From NCBI GenBank assembly GCA_051294375.1, contig CM119266.1, positions 24,878,659-24,942,658 on the forward strand: DNA of 64,000 nucleotides, given 5' to 3'. A model generated the notes under the pieces. The model was not told where the DNA came from. It did no database searches and worked only from the letters and a program-made list of their open reading frames with translations. This DNA is from Paraspadella gotoi (taxonomy: Eukaryota; Animalia; Chaetognatha). This document shows positions 1-14,084 of the stretch, one piece after another. Position 1 is the first letter of the stretch. Each line of letters begins with the position of its first letter. A program made the position numbers and the translations under genes.

Positions 1-1884
1 CTTCTCGATATTTTTTTTACCCTGGATTTTGAATTTTTTTGGTCGAATATTTATTTTTATGTTCATTTCTGGGAACTGGTCATTGGGCCAGGGGACATAA
101 GGATAATAACCTTATTTTTATTTGTNNNNNNNNNNNNNNNNNNNNNNNNNNNNNNNNNNNNNNNNNNNNNNNNNNNNNNNNNNNNNNNNNNNNNNNNNNN
201 NNNNNNNNNNNNNNNNNNNNNNNNNNNNNNNNNNNNNNNNNNNNNNNNNNNNNNNNNNNNNNNNNNNNNNNNNNNNNNNNNNNNNNNNNNNNNNNNNNNN
301 NNNNNNNNNNNNNNNNNNNNNNNNNNNNNNNNNNNNAGAGAGAGAGAGAGAGAGAGAGTAATTGGGGGAATCGCGAAGTCAACAACCGACTCATTGAGTT
401 AAAAGTCATTGACTCCGTCCGAAGAGAAGGGATAGAGAAAACGAACATAAGCCGAATGTCGAAAGAAATAGAAATATAAAAATGCCAAGTCAGTCACATT
501 TATGTCTTAAAGACTTTGCCACTAATTTCAACTTGTTAACGTTAACAGTTATAAATAATTTATGGATGAATAACTTCTTCGTAAAATCTTGATTTTATTA
601 TAATACAAAGCATAACTCTATTTTACCTTGTCAATGTAAGTATTTTATATTAAAAAGTTTTTTAAAAATTTTTATTTTTTCGCATTGTCCGTCGATATAC
701 TTCGATTGTCACAGAAAATAAAAATATTAACAAAAAAGAAGAAAAAAAACCATGAAAAGAGTATTTAAACAGTCATAGTGATTCGCAAGTTCCAACGGCC
801 CACCGAATATTAGGCCAATCACGAGACCCCAAATTGGCGCGAATAATCGAGTCCGATCTTTGTCCAAAAACGAGGGGGCGATTTCCCCTCGAAATTTCGG
901 CCTCTCGAAAATGAGTGAAAGGGCGGAGTGAATAAGTGAATGAAGTGAATTACTCAAATAAGTGAACCCCCTCCTCTCATTGGTTCTCGTCTCTTTGAAT
1001 GGCGAGCGATCGCTGCTAATCGAGGATAAATGTTTATCGCCATTAATTTGGTCCGCGTTGACGGGATAGGGCGGTGGAGGGGAGAGGGATGGGAGCGGGG
1101 AGGGGAGAGGGGAAAGGAGAGAGGGGAAAATGGAAAGAGGGGGTAAGGAGAGGGGAGAGGGAGTAGATGAGAGGATAGCTCCCATCACTGAAGGGAAAGG
1201 AAGCCAATTTTTGAATAGGAAAGGCAAGTTTTTAAAATACTATTAATGAAGCTCGAAAATATCAAATTTTATATCCTCAATCGCCGACAGAAACACAAAA
1301 TCGGTTTTCGTCGCCGAAGTCGTCATCGTCGTCGTCGTCATCGCCGTCGTCGTCGCAGAGAAAAAGATATTTATTCGTCTCCGGCGATTTTCTCACTTGA
1401 CGCGTCGATTCGACTTTCGATCGGAGACAAGATCGAGCGAAGGATTTCTCACGGTGCGTTAATTACAGACTGACCACCGGAGGGCAGCGCCGTCTGGAGG
1501 AAGAAGAAGAAGCAGACGACGACTGAATACCGTGACGTGTCATCGATCCTCACCCTCGAGGCGTCAGGAAAGATCATTGGCAAGTTGCTTTCCTCTTCGT
1601 CTGGTCATCTCGCATCTTCCATCGTCTGTCCTTACCAATCTCCATTCTCCNNNNNNNNNNNNNNNNNNNNNNNNNNNNNNNNNNNNNNNNNNNNNNNNNN
1701 NNNNNNNNNNNNNNNNNNNNNNNNNNNNNNNNNNNNNNNNNNNNNNNNNNNNNNNNNNNNNNNNNNNNNNNNNNNNNNNNNNNNNNNNNNNNNNNNNNNN
1801 NNNNNNNNNNNNNNNNNNNNNNNNNNNNNNNNNNNNNNNNNNNNNNNNNNNNNNNNNNNNNNNNNNNNNNNNNNNNNNNNNNNN

Positions 1885-1917
<33 letters not shown>

Positions 1918-2067
1918 GTTTGAAGAATGTCGCATGTCGATGCCCCCATAAAACGCCACGCGCCCCGCGGGCGCTCCTCCCTCTTTGACTATTTCGTCCA
2001 TTCCATCTTCTTCCTTCTTTTTTCTTGTCTTTCCTTCTCTTTCTTTTTTCCTTTCAAGATTTTCTTT

Positions 2068-2098
<31 letters not shown>

Positions 2099-2876
2099 NN
2101 NNNNNNNNNNNNNNNNNNNNNNNNNNNNNNNNNNNNNNNNNNNNNNNNNNNNNNNNNNNNNNNNNNNNNNNNNNNNNNNNNNNNNNNNNNNNNNNNNNNN
2201 NNNNNNNNNNNNNNNNNNNNNNNNNNNNNNNNNNNNNNNNNNNNNNNNNNNNNNNNNNNNNNNNNNNNNNNNNNNNNNNNNNNNNNNNNNNNNNNNNNNN
2301 NNNNNNNNNNNNNNNNNNNNNNNNNNNNNNNNNNNNNNNNNNNNNNNNNNNNNNNNNNNNNNNNNNNNNNNNNNNNNNNNNNNNNNNNNNNNNNNNNNNN
2401 NNNNNNNNNNNNNNNNNNNNNNNNNNNNNNNNNNNNNNNNNNNNNNNNNNNNNNNNNNNNNNNNNNNNNNNNNNNNNNNNNNNNNNNNNNNNNNNNNNNN
2501 NNNNNNNNNNNNNNNNNNNNNNNNNNNNNNNNNNNNNNNNNNNNNNNNNNNNNNNNNNNNNNNNNNNNNNNNNNNNNNNNNNNNNNNNNNNNNNNNNNNN
2601 NNNNNNNNNNNNNNNNNNNNNNNNNNNNNNNNNNNNNNNNNNNNNNNNNNNNNNNNNNNNNNNNNNNNNNNNNNNNNNNNNNNNNNNTTTTTTTTTCCTC
2701 GTTTGTTTGTTTGTTAGTTTATTTTTCTTTTTTTAGGAGGGTATGGAGAAAATAGGGTTCTACCTTGGAAAAGAAATGCAATATAAATAAATATCATACA
2801 GTACAAAAAGTGGCTTTTTGATGAGGTTTAGCCGGGCTGATTTAAAATACAATCTTTCTTTCTCGTTTCGTTTCCT

Positions 2877-2942
<66 letters not shown>

Positions 2943-3243
2943 TCTACTTTCCTCCCACGTCCTCAAGGAGAGATTTGCGGTATCGACGGAGAAGTCAAAG
3001 GGAATCGAAAAGGGTTGTTCCATCGAATTGAGAAAAGGAGGCATTTGTATTTGTCACTGGAAATGAAGAGGGGGCGGGTGGAGGGGGGAGGTGAAGGGAG
3101 ATTAAAGACATGAAAGACGGAATTAAACGCATAAATTCTTTCTCCCTCTTTTTTGGCCGGACGAACCAAGTTGGGTTAAGGGAGGAGGAGAAATTCTCTG
3201 ATCGTCCAGGAATTTCTTTCTTGAAATAAATTCTTCTTTCTAG

Positions 3244-3357
<114 letters not shown>

Positions 3358-3706
3358 CTTCAAAATATTCCCAAGTCTCCCTTCTCGCGAAATCTATTCT
3401 TGTGAAGCGTGAATCTGGCCCATCGGATTTCACCGTTATTCTTTTTCGTCTCCTCCTCCTCTTCCTCCTTTCCTTTCCTCCTTTTTCTCCTCCTCCTCCT
3501 TCTCTTCCTTCTCCTCCTCCGCTCCCCACCCACCATCCTTCCCGCCAAGCGTTAACCTTTCCCTCTTTGCCTTCTTTTCATCTGTTTCCCTCCGAAATAA
3601 TAAATCTTAAAAGTAAATGAGATTTTTCTTTACGAGTCTCCGTTTACCTTTTAGGCCCTATTGTTCTTTTTTTTTTCCATGTTTCGTATTTTTCCGTTCA
3701 CCCATT

Positions 3707-3799
<93 letters not shown>

Positions 3800-5114
3800 A
3801 AAAATACAAAACCCGGAAGTGATATCCTTTATTTATAACACCCTGCGCGCTCCGTTATGTAATTGGCGCAACGGGAAAATCGCATTGGAGAAGAGACAGG
3901 GCGGGGTACAACAAAAAGGGAGAGGCGAGACGTACAGAAAGGAGACAATCTCGAAACGTGTCGTCCGTGACAAGGGTTTCAAAAGTGGCAAAGGTGTCCT
4001 CCGTGACAAGGGCCATATCTCAAAAAAGTTGATTCTTGAAAATGAATCTCTGCAAAGAAGCGAGGAGATTTTCAGGGACACATTTTTCTGACTTTTCTTA
4101 TATCGCAATATTTTTTATTTCTTCTACAATTCCTCAATTTTTAGTTGCGCCCTGAGTACTCGCGTCATGTCATGTCATGTCAAATCATGTTATCACAGTG
4201 AAATACACGTGAAAATAAGGAATTACCGTTCTTGTTTATTATACTTTTTGGCTAATGTTTATTCTATCCCCTATTAGACTCCTATCACTTATTTTATCGT
4301 TAATTTACCCTTTTACAGTGGCCTAATCAATAACAAGAAACATTCTTGTCAGCCTACAATAATTCAAACGATATGCGTAATCTTTATACCTATATCGATA
4401 CGTTTTTCTCTTTCTTTATTTTTCACTTTATTTTTGATTAAATCTGGTTTTGTATCACAATATATATCTACAAACATAAATTTTCAACTTAACTTTCTAT
4501 CGCTCGAACGAAAGAAAAACATCATGCCCCATAACATTTCTCAGCCTCTCGGAAAAAGACGACAAAATTTCGTCGCCAAACTTTTTTCAAAACCCATAAA
4601 CTTTCTTCCCAATTTCTTCTTTTTCAAAATTCTTCTTTCTTTTTGACTGTCGCCGATTTAAACGTCGTTTGTCATCTCCGCGACGGGGATTCGCTCTCTG
4701 ATTGGTCGACGAGATACTAACTCGGTCTCTGACTGGTCTAAATTTCGCATTGGAGTCAATGGTGCGATTTCTTCGCCGCGCGACGTCATAACGAGAGGAG
4801 GTTAAGAATATGACGCTGTTCCGCGGTGGGGGGGGTGGTGTAAAGATAACCAAAAAGGGACGCTCGTTAGAAAAATAGATAGTAAAAAAAAAATAACCCT
4901 TTATAAGTAAAAAGCTCCTTAGAAAACCGGAATCAAATTTTATTTATTTTATTTGAGAGATTTTTAAAAGAGCGTTTCTACGTTATGACGTACAAAGTAC
5001 TTATTCTTGTCCGTCCCTTCACCAATTACGATCTTGGAATTAAGGAAATTAGGAGAACAAAAAATTAGGCGCCACCCGACAGCGAATTTTTTTCGGGACA
5101 ACAATGCGAACCCT

Positions 5115-5168
<54 letters not shown>

Positions 5169-6151
5169 ATGGCGATTTTCATAATCTTTGACTGCAACTC
5201 TGCCATTTCACAGCTTTTATCTGAAATCTGTACGCTGCATCAGACGTTGACGGTGACGAACACGACGACGAAGACGACGAATTCTGGAGACAAAACTAAT
5301 ACGTCATTTATCGAAGTTAGTTATCAGCCATGTTGCAACCCCTTCCGGGGCCAAAGTATTTTACCACCCTACACACCCCGTTTTCGCCCTCCATCCCCAT
5401 GCCCCACCAGCCCCCAACTCTCACCTCCATTCCTGCCCCCCCCCCCCCTTCTGCCCCCCGGCCCCTTCCGCGTTTCGACCGTCGCGCTTGAGCAAGTTTT
5501 TCAAATTTTCACCCCGACGAGACGAAGGTCAAAGAGAGAGAGACTCAAAACCAACAATTTAAAAGATGAATTTAGAGAAAAGAATAATGTGGCGCGCGGA
5601 GAGAGAGAGAGAGATGAGGAGAGAGAGAAGAGGACATAACGACGAAGAGAGAAGGAAGAAGTTGCTGAGAGAGAAGATGAGAGAGAGAGAGAGAAATAAG
5701 AGAGAACGGAAGAATCATTTTCAGAGCCGATCGCTGAACGGCGAACAAGTTCATCTTTTACTTCTTCGAATCGATCAAAAACACAATAAAAAAAAAAAAA
5801 AAAAATAGGCATTTTAGCAAAACTGCGCAAAGTATGTGAAAAATTGATGCAGGAGAAGTTGCGTAGAAAAGGGAAAAAGGAATTCGAATCAATTTCAGGC
5901 GAAAAGTCTCGAAAAAAGTCAAAACAGTGTGAAATCATTTCATGGGCTTCCTTTTGTGTTCTGAGGGAAGAGGAAGATGAGGAGGAGGAGGAGGAGTCTG
6001 GATAGAGTAATCTGGGAGGAGGATCGGGAAAGTGGGTTTCACTGTCAACTGAGTTGTGATCAGCGCATGTTTAAACGTGAAAGTTTTATATTTTTTAAAT
6101 CGTGAAGAATTTAAATTTACCATTACCAAGCACCATATTCAATTCACTATT

Positions 6152-8065
6152 CTCTATAATTCACTTTGTCGGTCCGTCGGTCCGCCCCCCTCAATAATTT
6201 GTCAGGGCACTGCACTTAATATGCAATTGTCAGAACAATCCGTCACGTACCGTCCGTCCGTCCGTTCGTCCCACTCCCCCCTAGCAAAAAAACTCCAATT
6301 ACTCGTGATTGGATGGGATGGATTGGTATGAAATTATTGTGTGTGGGTAGGAAACTGTGTGGATTGAGATGGATATGAAGTTTCGAAGGGAATCGTGCGA
6401 GTGAAATGAGTTAAAATGGAAAAAACAAAAGTCATATTTTACTTGAAGTATTTTAACTTAAATTTACTCATAAATTATGTAATGTTTATTAAAAATTGGA
6501 TAGATAAATCGAAATTGAATTTTGTTTGTGGGTAGGAAAAGTAAATGTGATAAAGCTGGATATAAATTTTTTGATGGAATCATAGGAAGTGGAAAAGAGT
6601 TTCAAATTAGAAAACCAAAAGACACATTTATTTGAATTTTTTTAAAAGTTTCTCTCTTCTTATCTCTCTCTGATTGATTGATATGGATTGAATTGATTGA
6701 TTGATTGATTGATTTGATTTGACCTAACTTATGCCAATTGAAAAATATGCAGTTGAACAAATTTCTTAGTTACGGACCAAAATTATGCCAGTTTGACCAA
6801 ATTCTGCAGTTGATCAACGTTCTGCAAAGTTGATGCAAAGTTCTGCAAGTTGACCAAAATTAATGCCTGTTGACCAAATTAGCCAGTTGACCAAAATTAG
6901 GCCAGTTGATAAAATTATGCCAATTGACGTCAAATTATGCCGGTTAACCAAATTATCTTAATTGATCAATTATGTCAGTTGACCAAAATAATGTCAGTTG
7001 ACCAAATATGTCAGTTGACCAAAATTATGTCAGTTAACCAAATTATGTCATTAACCAAATTAATGTCGTTGAATCCAATTACTGCAAGTTGATTAAAAAT
7101 TATGCAAGTTTGACCAAGTTAGTTATTACCACTTTAATTAATCGATTGAACTGGAATTTTGTAAATGTGAGTAGAAAAGTAGGTGTAGATTGAACAGGAA
7201 ACACAAGTTTCGATGGAATCTTTTGAAGTAGAAATTAGTTTTTAAAATGGAAAAAACAAAAAACCTGTTTAAACTAATTGATTATGAAATTCTTTTTCCT
7301 TTTATATTAAATGTAAATATGCAGGATGGTATTAATTAAATCAAAATAATTAATCAGTTAATTAATTCAATTAGTCCAAATTAATTAATCAATAATTAAT
7401 TAATGCAGTCAATAAATCCGTCCATCCGCGTCACCCACAGCTTAGCAAAAAGCTCCAATAACTCGATGATTGGCTGTTGGATTTGGATTGAAATTTTTGT
7501 GTGTGGGTAGGAAAAGTTGTGTGATAATCGCTGTATAAATTGTTTTCTGACGAGAATCGTGGGAGTGAAATCGTAGTTGTAAGTGGATTAACATGAAGTC
7601 GTCAATTACTAAAATATTTTTACTTTTATTGTTTATGTATAAAACAAAACAACGCGAAGTGTTGTCTAACATCGTACGTTTTTGTGCTACTTTACTTAGT
7701 CATTTCTACTCCCTAATTAATCATAATCTGGATGTGATAAGATTGAGTTCAAATTTATTTGTGTGGGTAAGAAAAAATTGTGTATTACGATGCTTGATCT
7801 TAATAAAGTTTCGGTGGAAACGTACGAGTGAAATGAAGTTTTAAAATCTTTAAATGGAAAAAAACATAAGTCAGCATTTACTTGAATCTTTTATTATTTA
7901 TGATACTAATTTATGACTACTAATAAATGATTTATTAATTAATTAATTAATGTGAAAAAATGACTGCAATTTAAAAAAAATATGGCAGGATGGAAAATGA
8001 TGCATTAGAAGAAAAATGGATGCAGTTAAAAAATCCTAAAAAGCATAAAGGATCGTCGCAATTTT
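6152..8065 (+). mobile_element. Helentron-associated/DINE-1-like non-autonomous element (5' part plus central tandem repeats)
   Basis: Start (tctctataattcactttgtcggtccgtcggtccgcccccctcaa) is the reverse complement of the region near 50820-50870. Contains (GTCC)n and several ~170-200-bp subrepeats (tgtgtgggtaggaaaag...gatggaatc...aaatgagtt) shared with 50450-50720 (inverted) and 20540-20705. Confidence 0.6.
6718..7117 (+). repeat. ~19-21-bp minisatellite (consensus ~CAGTTGACCAAATTATGC)
   Basis: About 20 degenerate tandem copies of ttgaccaaa(a)ttatg(c/t)cag are visible directly. Confidence 0.9.
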
Positions 8066-9480
8066 GGTCGTTTCTGCGTTCGTACACGCCTACCCTCGCG
8101 TACTCTGCATCCGCCTCCTCTTCTTACTGCGCGACTCATGTTACTCTTATTTCTTTTTTTCTCTATCACTCGACGACGTCTGCCGTTTCCCTGCATTCAG
8201 ATTCTCGGGGTCGCACCCCAGTCCCACCACTACTCGAGCTGCTCCATTTCTTGTTGGCTTACACGGCCTATCACCTCCTGTCTGCCTTTCGGCTCGCTGC
8301 TCTGGACTTGTCTGATTTCTTACCATATCGCAAGTCAGGCGACCTTCATTCCATCGACTAGAGACGACGGATCGATGCACCATACATCATCAAGACGCCA
8401 AGTACCAGCGTGAGTCTACATTGACGATTCTCCATGTCTGCTCGCTACTTGTGTATACTCTGATGGCTCAAGGCCGTCTCCAGTTCGAATGACAATGCAA
8501 AGCCACAGTTACTATCCTCGTCTATCGTCCACCCTCGATGACAATTATTCTCTCAACCTCACGCATTACGCCTTTCTCTATAGCGGATAGTCGAGATCTC
8601 GCGTACTATCTTTGACTCTCCTCCCTGCCACGCTCCTTCCATCCCGATCGGCTTCGTTCTCTTTCGCGATCTCTGCCTTTTTTCACCTCCAATGGTTCGG
8701 CACGGCGACCGCGCAGGTGAGCTTTGGCCGCGCCCATTGCCGCGAGGTCACTCGTCTCCATTGTGGATACTGGTTGCTCTTAAGGTCATACTCTCGGTAA
8801 GTACGATTCGACAGAACGAAACGGTGACCTCCTCGTTGTTCCGCGTCCCTAGACGAGCCCTTTCTTTTGCCCGGTTCTGTTAATGTCTCGCTCTGCGCTT
8901 CTAATGGCCTGACGTTGTCAACTCTTTCCTGTTTCGGCCAACCAAGTCCCCACGGCACGAATGGCTCGTCCTTCTGACAATGCTACAAGACGTCTATTGC
9001 GTTTTATCTCCCGGACGAACGCTGCTTCCAGGCCGTCACCTGCTCACAGGCTCCCGCGCCGGGTAGTTTTGGGCCCAAAATTCCCACACTCCTCATGCTG
9101 TGGCGCCTCTCAAAGGAGGAGGTCATGGGCACTGCCGTTGGGCCTCCCGAGCGCGTCTTCAAACAACTACACTAAACTCCATCGCGTTTCTCGCTCCTAC
9201 CAAACTGCCGCTCATTAGTCGGATTGCGCAAGTAAAAAAAAGAGGGAGAAATGTTAAGGAAAAGAAAAAGGGCCCGTCGTTCCATCGGCCTCGTGGCTCC
9301 TCGGACTGGCGGACATACACCGCCGCTTCTAAGGCAGTCTCTACAACGCTGGCCTTCTCCAGGAGAGGTTCCTTCCTGACGGGCCTCTCTACCTCCGCAC
9401 GCCCCATCTCTCTGTGGTAGGTTTGGGTGTTTGGAATTTAGGTATGGGTGTGTCCGCCTGTGTCCCCCCGTGTGTCCGTG
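8066..9480 (-). mobile_element. Highly degenerate retroelement (integrase-like) fragment
   Basis: GC-richer block. The minus strand reads HEECGNFGPKTT (~9100-9062) followed by C-x2-CQKDEP (~8995-8960), resembling the HHCC zinc finger of an LTR-retrotransposon integrase. No intact ORF. Confidence 0.35.
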
Positions 9481-9496
9481 TACTGCTAGGTCAATG

Positions 9497-9720
9497 CGCC
9501 ATTTGGCGCTAAGCGTTTGTTTTCCTTTGTTTTTTAAAGTTTTAAATAGGTTTAGATTTGCTTGAGGAATACAGGGCCGTACTGGAAATGGCTCTAAGTT
9601 GTAACTCAGGTCGTCCAGAGCTTGAAGTTCGATGGTTCCAAATCCGCATAAAGTGGAGGAATTTATTTCTGTAAATAGATTTGAGTTTCACTCGAGCGGT
9701 GCCCATGCCCATGTTATGAA
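9497..9720 (+). repeat. Partial copy of the tRNA-headed repeat at 14435-14650
   Basis: gcgccatttggcgc...aaagttttaaataggtttagatt...gtaactcaggtcgtccagagcttga...gatggttc...aagtggaggaatt matches 14435-14650. Confidence 0.8.
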
Positions 9721-10049
9721 TCCAATGTTGTCGGCTTGTTGAGAAGTTCTCCGGACGTTGGTTTTTGAGATTTCTTGTCAGTCGTTGGCTCATTCCCGCA
9801 TCTTATTACGTTGTTGTTAGTTTTGTTCTATTTGTTGCTTTTGGTCATTCTTTGTTTGGGAACGCGCGTCTCGCGTGGAAGCTGCAGAGAAGAGGAAGGA
9901 GGAGCAAAAAAAGCCGTAAAGGGGGATGGTGGGTGGGGGAAGTAGGGTGGAGGATCTTGGGGCTGGGTCAGTGAGGGAGGAGGAAGGAGGAGGGAGGAGG
10001 AGGAGGAGAAGAAAGAGAAGAAGCGGGCGATAAGAACGGAGTGAAGGCC

Positions 10050-11390
10050 GCTTCCAGAAGGACGCGTTCAATGCTACAGAGGAAACTGCTCGAACCCACT
10101 GACGATAAGGAACTGCAGAGAGTGTTTCTGGGGATGATAAATTACTACAGCGTTTCATCCCCCAGAAGTCACCCACAGATGTCGCTCCCATTGTAGCGAG
10201 CCCTCCAGTGGAAGCCGAAAAATGCTGGACTGGACAAACGAACTGTGAACAAGCGTGGTATCAGTATCCAAAGCGGCATTACTTTGTCAATCTTCCCTGG
10301 AGGACCGGAGCAAAACTTTTGCATGCAAAACGGAATGGCTCTCAAGATTTGGCCATTGGAGCAGTGCTGGAGGCAAAAGAGGCCCATAAAAGAATGGGAG
10401 CCTCTGGCCTTTTTCTTGCAAAGCTCAACCAAACCGAACCACTTTATTGGCCCTCCTTTTGATAAAGAAACTTTCGGCGGCCTTCAAAGCTGTCCCGCCA
10501 ACTCCAGGCACAGGGTCGAAGGTAGATCATTTACCTTGTAATCGGATCACCAAAAGCCTGGTGACGGCGATTCGAAAGAAAGCAGAAGTCTCAGGGAACC
10601 GTTCGTAGACAGTCGTTAGTCAGCTCTCAGTGATGTGCTGAGTTTATCGACAGACATGCGTTATTTAAAAAGTAAGGCCCAACGTTGTGGCCGACGCCGC
10701 TCTACCGGCCGAAACTGCATACGGTGCAAATTCGGATCTTAGAGTCGAAGTGGCGACGCCTCCAGCCGACGGCTGAAGCAATTCAGCTCATCGAAAAACC
10801 CCGTTATCATCTCCCGACCAAGGTTTCGTACAGATACGCTCAACACGTTTTCGTCAGGCCAAGCAGCGAGCAGAGCGGTTCATCCTCCACTTACAGCACC
10901 ATATGAAGGACGCTTACCAGGTGTAGTGAATCGCGAACGGCCTTAAACGTCACACATCAAAATCCCAAGTAAAAGGCCGCGAAACCGCTAAACATCGCCC
11001 GCGTCCAAACGCAGCGTGGGTTTCCAACAAGAACGTTGGAGGTCGATCAAGGGACCATCCGGGCAGCGATCGCCAGCAGGCCGCCAGCCCGGCCTACGAA
11101 GCGAAGGACGCTGGCAGAAACAACTCGACCAACATGCCGTTCAAGATATTCAACGCGCAGGGTCCGCCCGAACCGGTTCCTCCTCCCCCACCTATCACGT
11201 CCAACGCACGGCCACCGTTCCCCCACCACACCCTCGTACCCGCGCTTTAAACGGTTGTTTATCCTCGCCTAGGGATCCCTCTCTCCTCAAGCCTGACTCC
11301 ATTGCGAGACGGAGTCAAGCTTCCCCAGAAGCGAGAAGAGAGAACTCACAAACACAACAATTCAGGACGACCATAAAAGATTAAGATAAC
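10050..11390 (+). mobile_element. Degenerate Ty3/Gypsy fragment: RT-end/RNase H joined to integrase C-terminus and 3' region
   Basis: Frameshifted motifs ELQRVFLGMINYY..FIP, AIGAVLE, WEPLAFF..KL..TE, FTL.SDH and a KANVVADAL-like segment (~10670-10710). From ~10747 it aligns with 13412-13900. Confidence 0.75.
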
Positions 11391-11999
11391 AAAGCTCACG
11401 TGATCGATTNNNNNNNNNNNNNNNNNNNNNNNNNNNNNNNNNNNNNNNNNNNNNNNNNNNNNNNNNNNNNNNNNNNNNNNNNNNNNNNNNNNNNNNNNNN
11501 NNNNNNNNNTTTCCGAACAAAGTGGTGAGACAGAATAGTGGTCAGATGTGAGGACAGGGTTGAAGGTAAGGGCAGATAAGTTAGTTGTGAAAAAAGTGAA
11601 ACTTGTTAAAGAGAGAGAGAGAAGAGAGAGTGAAAGAGAGAAACAAAAACACAAGGGATCAAATAAATATAAAGATACATTTTTTGCAATGTACAACAAA
11701 GATAAAGGAGTTTTAATTAATTAAATAATTTAATGATGGCAACCACGACAATGATAATACCGATGATGACAAATTGATGTGATTGCTTAATTTTTTGATT
11801 GATTGGTTGAATATGTGATTAAATTGATTGAATAATAATACTGATCAGTTCTGGCATTGTTAGCTCAAACCTGCTTGTATTTTATTGTCCTTTCATTATG
11901 AACAAAAGAAATGACTACCCTGTGATGATTATCGATGACACGAGGATAGCACACATCATGTTAATTCGAATGATTGATTGATCAAATAAAATAAATTCA

Positions 12000-12375
12000 C
12001 AGGCCTGTTAATTTTTAGGTCTTTTTGTTAGGTCACTGACCAGGACAAAAAGCAACCAACGACGTTGGAGATGACAATGATAACACTGACATTGTTATAT
12101 GATATTGATTAATTAAATTGATTAACTATTAACTTGGTTTCTTTTAATAATTTATTGATAAATAATTTATTAATTAGTTGATTGATCAGGCCTGTTTAAT
12201 TTTTAAGGTCTTTTGTTAGGTCACTGACCAAGGACAAAAGCAACAACGACGTTGGAGATGACAATGATAACAGCTGACATTGTTTTAATTGATTGATTAA
12301 TTAATTGATTAATAATTCAATGTTTTCTTTTAATAATTTACTTGATAAATAAATTTTATAATTAGTTGATTGATA
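12000..12375 (+). repeat. Local tandem duplication, ~188-bp unit x2
   Basis: caggcctgtt..aatttttaggtc..gttaggtcactgacc..gacgttggagatgacaatgataac occurs at ~12000 and ~12187. Confidence 0.9.
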
Positions 12376-12889
12376 AATTAATTGATTATTTAATTGATTG
12401 AATGATTGATTGATTCATTAATTTTTTAAATGATTTTGATTGATTAGTTGTTTAGTTAATTGATTGATTGATTAATTAATTGATTAATTGAATAATTAAT
12501 GCAGCTTGTATTTATATTTAATAAAAAGAAAAAGGCAAAATAGGGAAAAGGTTTTTTGTTTTTTTTCATTTAAACTCATTTCTACTCGAACGAGTTCTTA
12601 CAGTCCTTACAAATCTTACAATTTTTCATAGTAAAAGACTTTAAAAAATTGAAACAAGTTTAAATAAAATTTTACTTGTCATTTGTAACAAAAAAGAAAT
12701 TTGTTAAAATTATTCTACCAATGAATACATGTCTAAAGAGAATATTTTTTAATAAATAATAAAACAAATAATAAAATTTCTAAAGGAAGGAAGCGATGTG
12801 CACCGAAACCGTAAGCGATCCGGGCTAAAAAAGTAGGGATTGCACCCGAAAACGGAGAGCGGGAGGGGTCTTGGAAGCGCGGATTGGCA

Positions 12890-13920
12890 GCGGCGGAAAA
12901 ATCGATCGCTTCCACATCTCTGGTCAAGATGTTTCAAAGTGGGCCAGGGACTGTCTAAATTGCCAGAGGGCAAAAGTAACGCGCCACTGCTTTCTCAAGA
13001 TGGCCGCTGCCATCCCAATCTCCAAACACCCTCATCAACGATCTTAGACGCTTTGAGCTCTGAGTGGATAAGTGTATTCAGTACCCGTACTGTCTGTAAT
13101 CACTACAGACAGGGGAACACAATTCAACTCAGCTTTGATGAAACAATGGGGATAAAGCATCATAAAGCATCAGCTTTCACAGGCAACTCAAAGAATCGCT
13201 CATCGCCTTAGCAAAGAATTCGAGACAAATGGTTTTGGAAATTGCCGATGACTCTTCTAGCGATAAGAACAACGATAAAGAGAACATCGCGCGTCAGCGG
13301 CGGACATGGTCTTCGGGAAGGCATTAGCGTCCCCGGATGCATCGTCGACGACTTTCAACTCGACAACGCAGCCTTACAACAACAGTGACGGCGTCAACTT
13401 TCGAAGAGTCAAAGTGGCACGCCTCCAGCCGACGGCGACATCCGCTCATCAAAAACCCGTTATCCATCTCCCGAACCGCTCACACGTTTTCGTCAGGCGA
13501 GCAGGCGTTCACCCTCCACTTACAGCACCATATGAGGACTACCATGTAGTGAATCGTCACCATCAAACACAAGTAAAGGCCGCGAAACGCTAAACATCGC
13601 CCGCGTCAACCAGCTGGGTTCCGACGAGACGTTGGAGTGTGATCAGGGACATCCTCAGCGATGCCCAGCAGGCCGCCAGCCCGGCCTACGAAGAGGACAC
13701 GCCGGCAGAAACAACCGGACAACTCGTTCAAATATTAAAACTCTCCTTCCCCCTCTCACTCCAACCACCCCACCCCCTCCCCTTTACGTTTTTCCTCCTC
13801 CCTCTCTCCTCAGCCTCCACGCGAGACGAGTCAATCCCCAGAAGCGAGGAAGAGAGATATCACAACAAACAACAACAAACAAAAAAGGAAAAAAACGAAC
13901 AAACGATCAAAAGATTCTCA
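12890..13920 (+). mobile_element. Degenerate Ty3/Gypsy integrase fragment plus 3' region
   Basis: Frameshifted QDVSKWARDCLNCQRAKVTRH (CxxC), SEWISVFS..VITTDRG.QF, WFLELPMTLLAIRTT, SAADMVFG and PPLTAPYE. Shares ~500 bp with 10747-11390. Confidence 0.8.
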
Positions 13921-14084
13921 AAACCCAACGCCAGAAAACTTTTCTAGCAGGATGCCAATCACTAATCGACCCCACTTACTCTGTCGGTTTGAAGAGATGC
14001 TCCGACGTCAAAAAATACAGAATGACATCAACAACAACAATGAAGAAAACAAAAATAATTTTAGATTTGTGTGAAATTTTTTTT

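Noticed and set aside
1474-1488. CTCF-like motif ccaccggagggcagc (also cagcgccccctcg near 45644)
   Set aside because: Single short motif matches are expected by chance in 64 kb, with no supporting evidence.
6718-7117. Short repeats that could suggest a CRISPR array
   Set aside because: Head-to-tail minisatellite with no unique spacers, no cas genes and a eukaryotic context.
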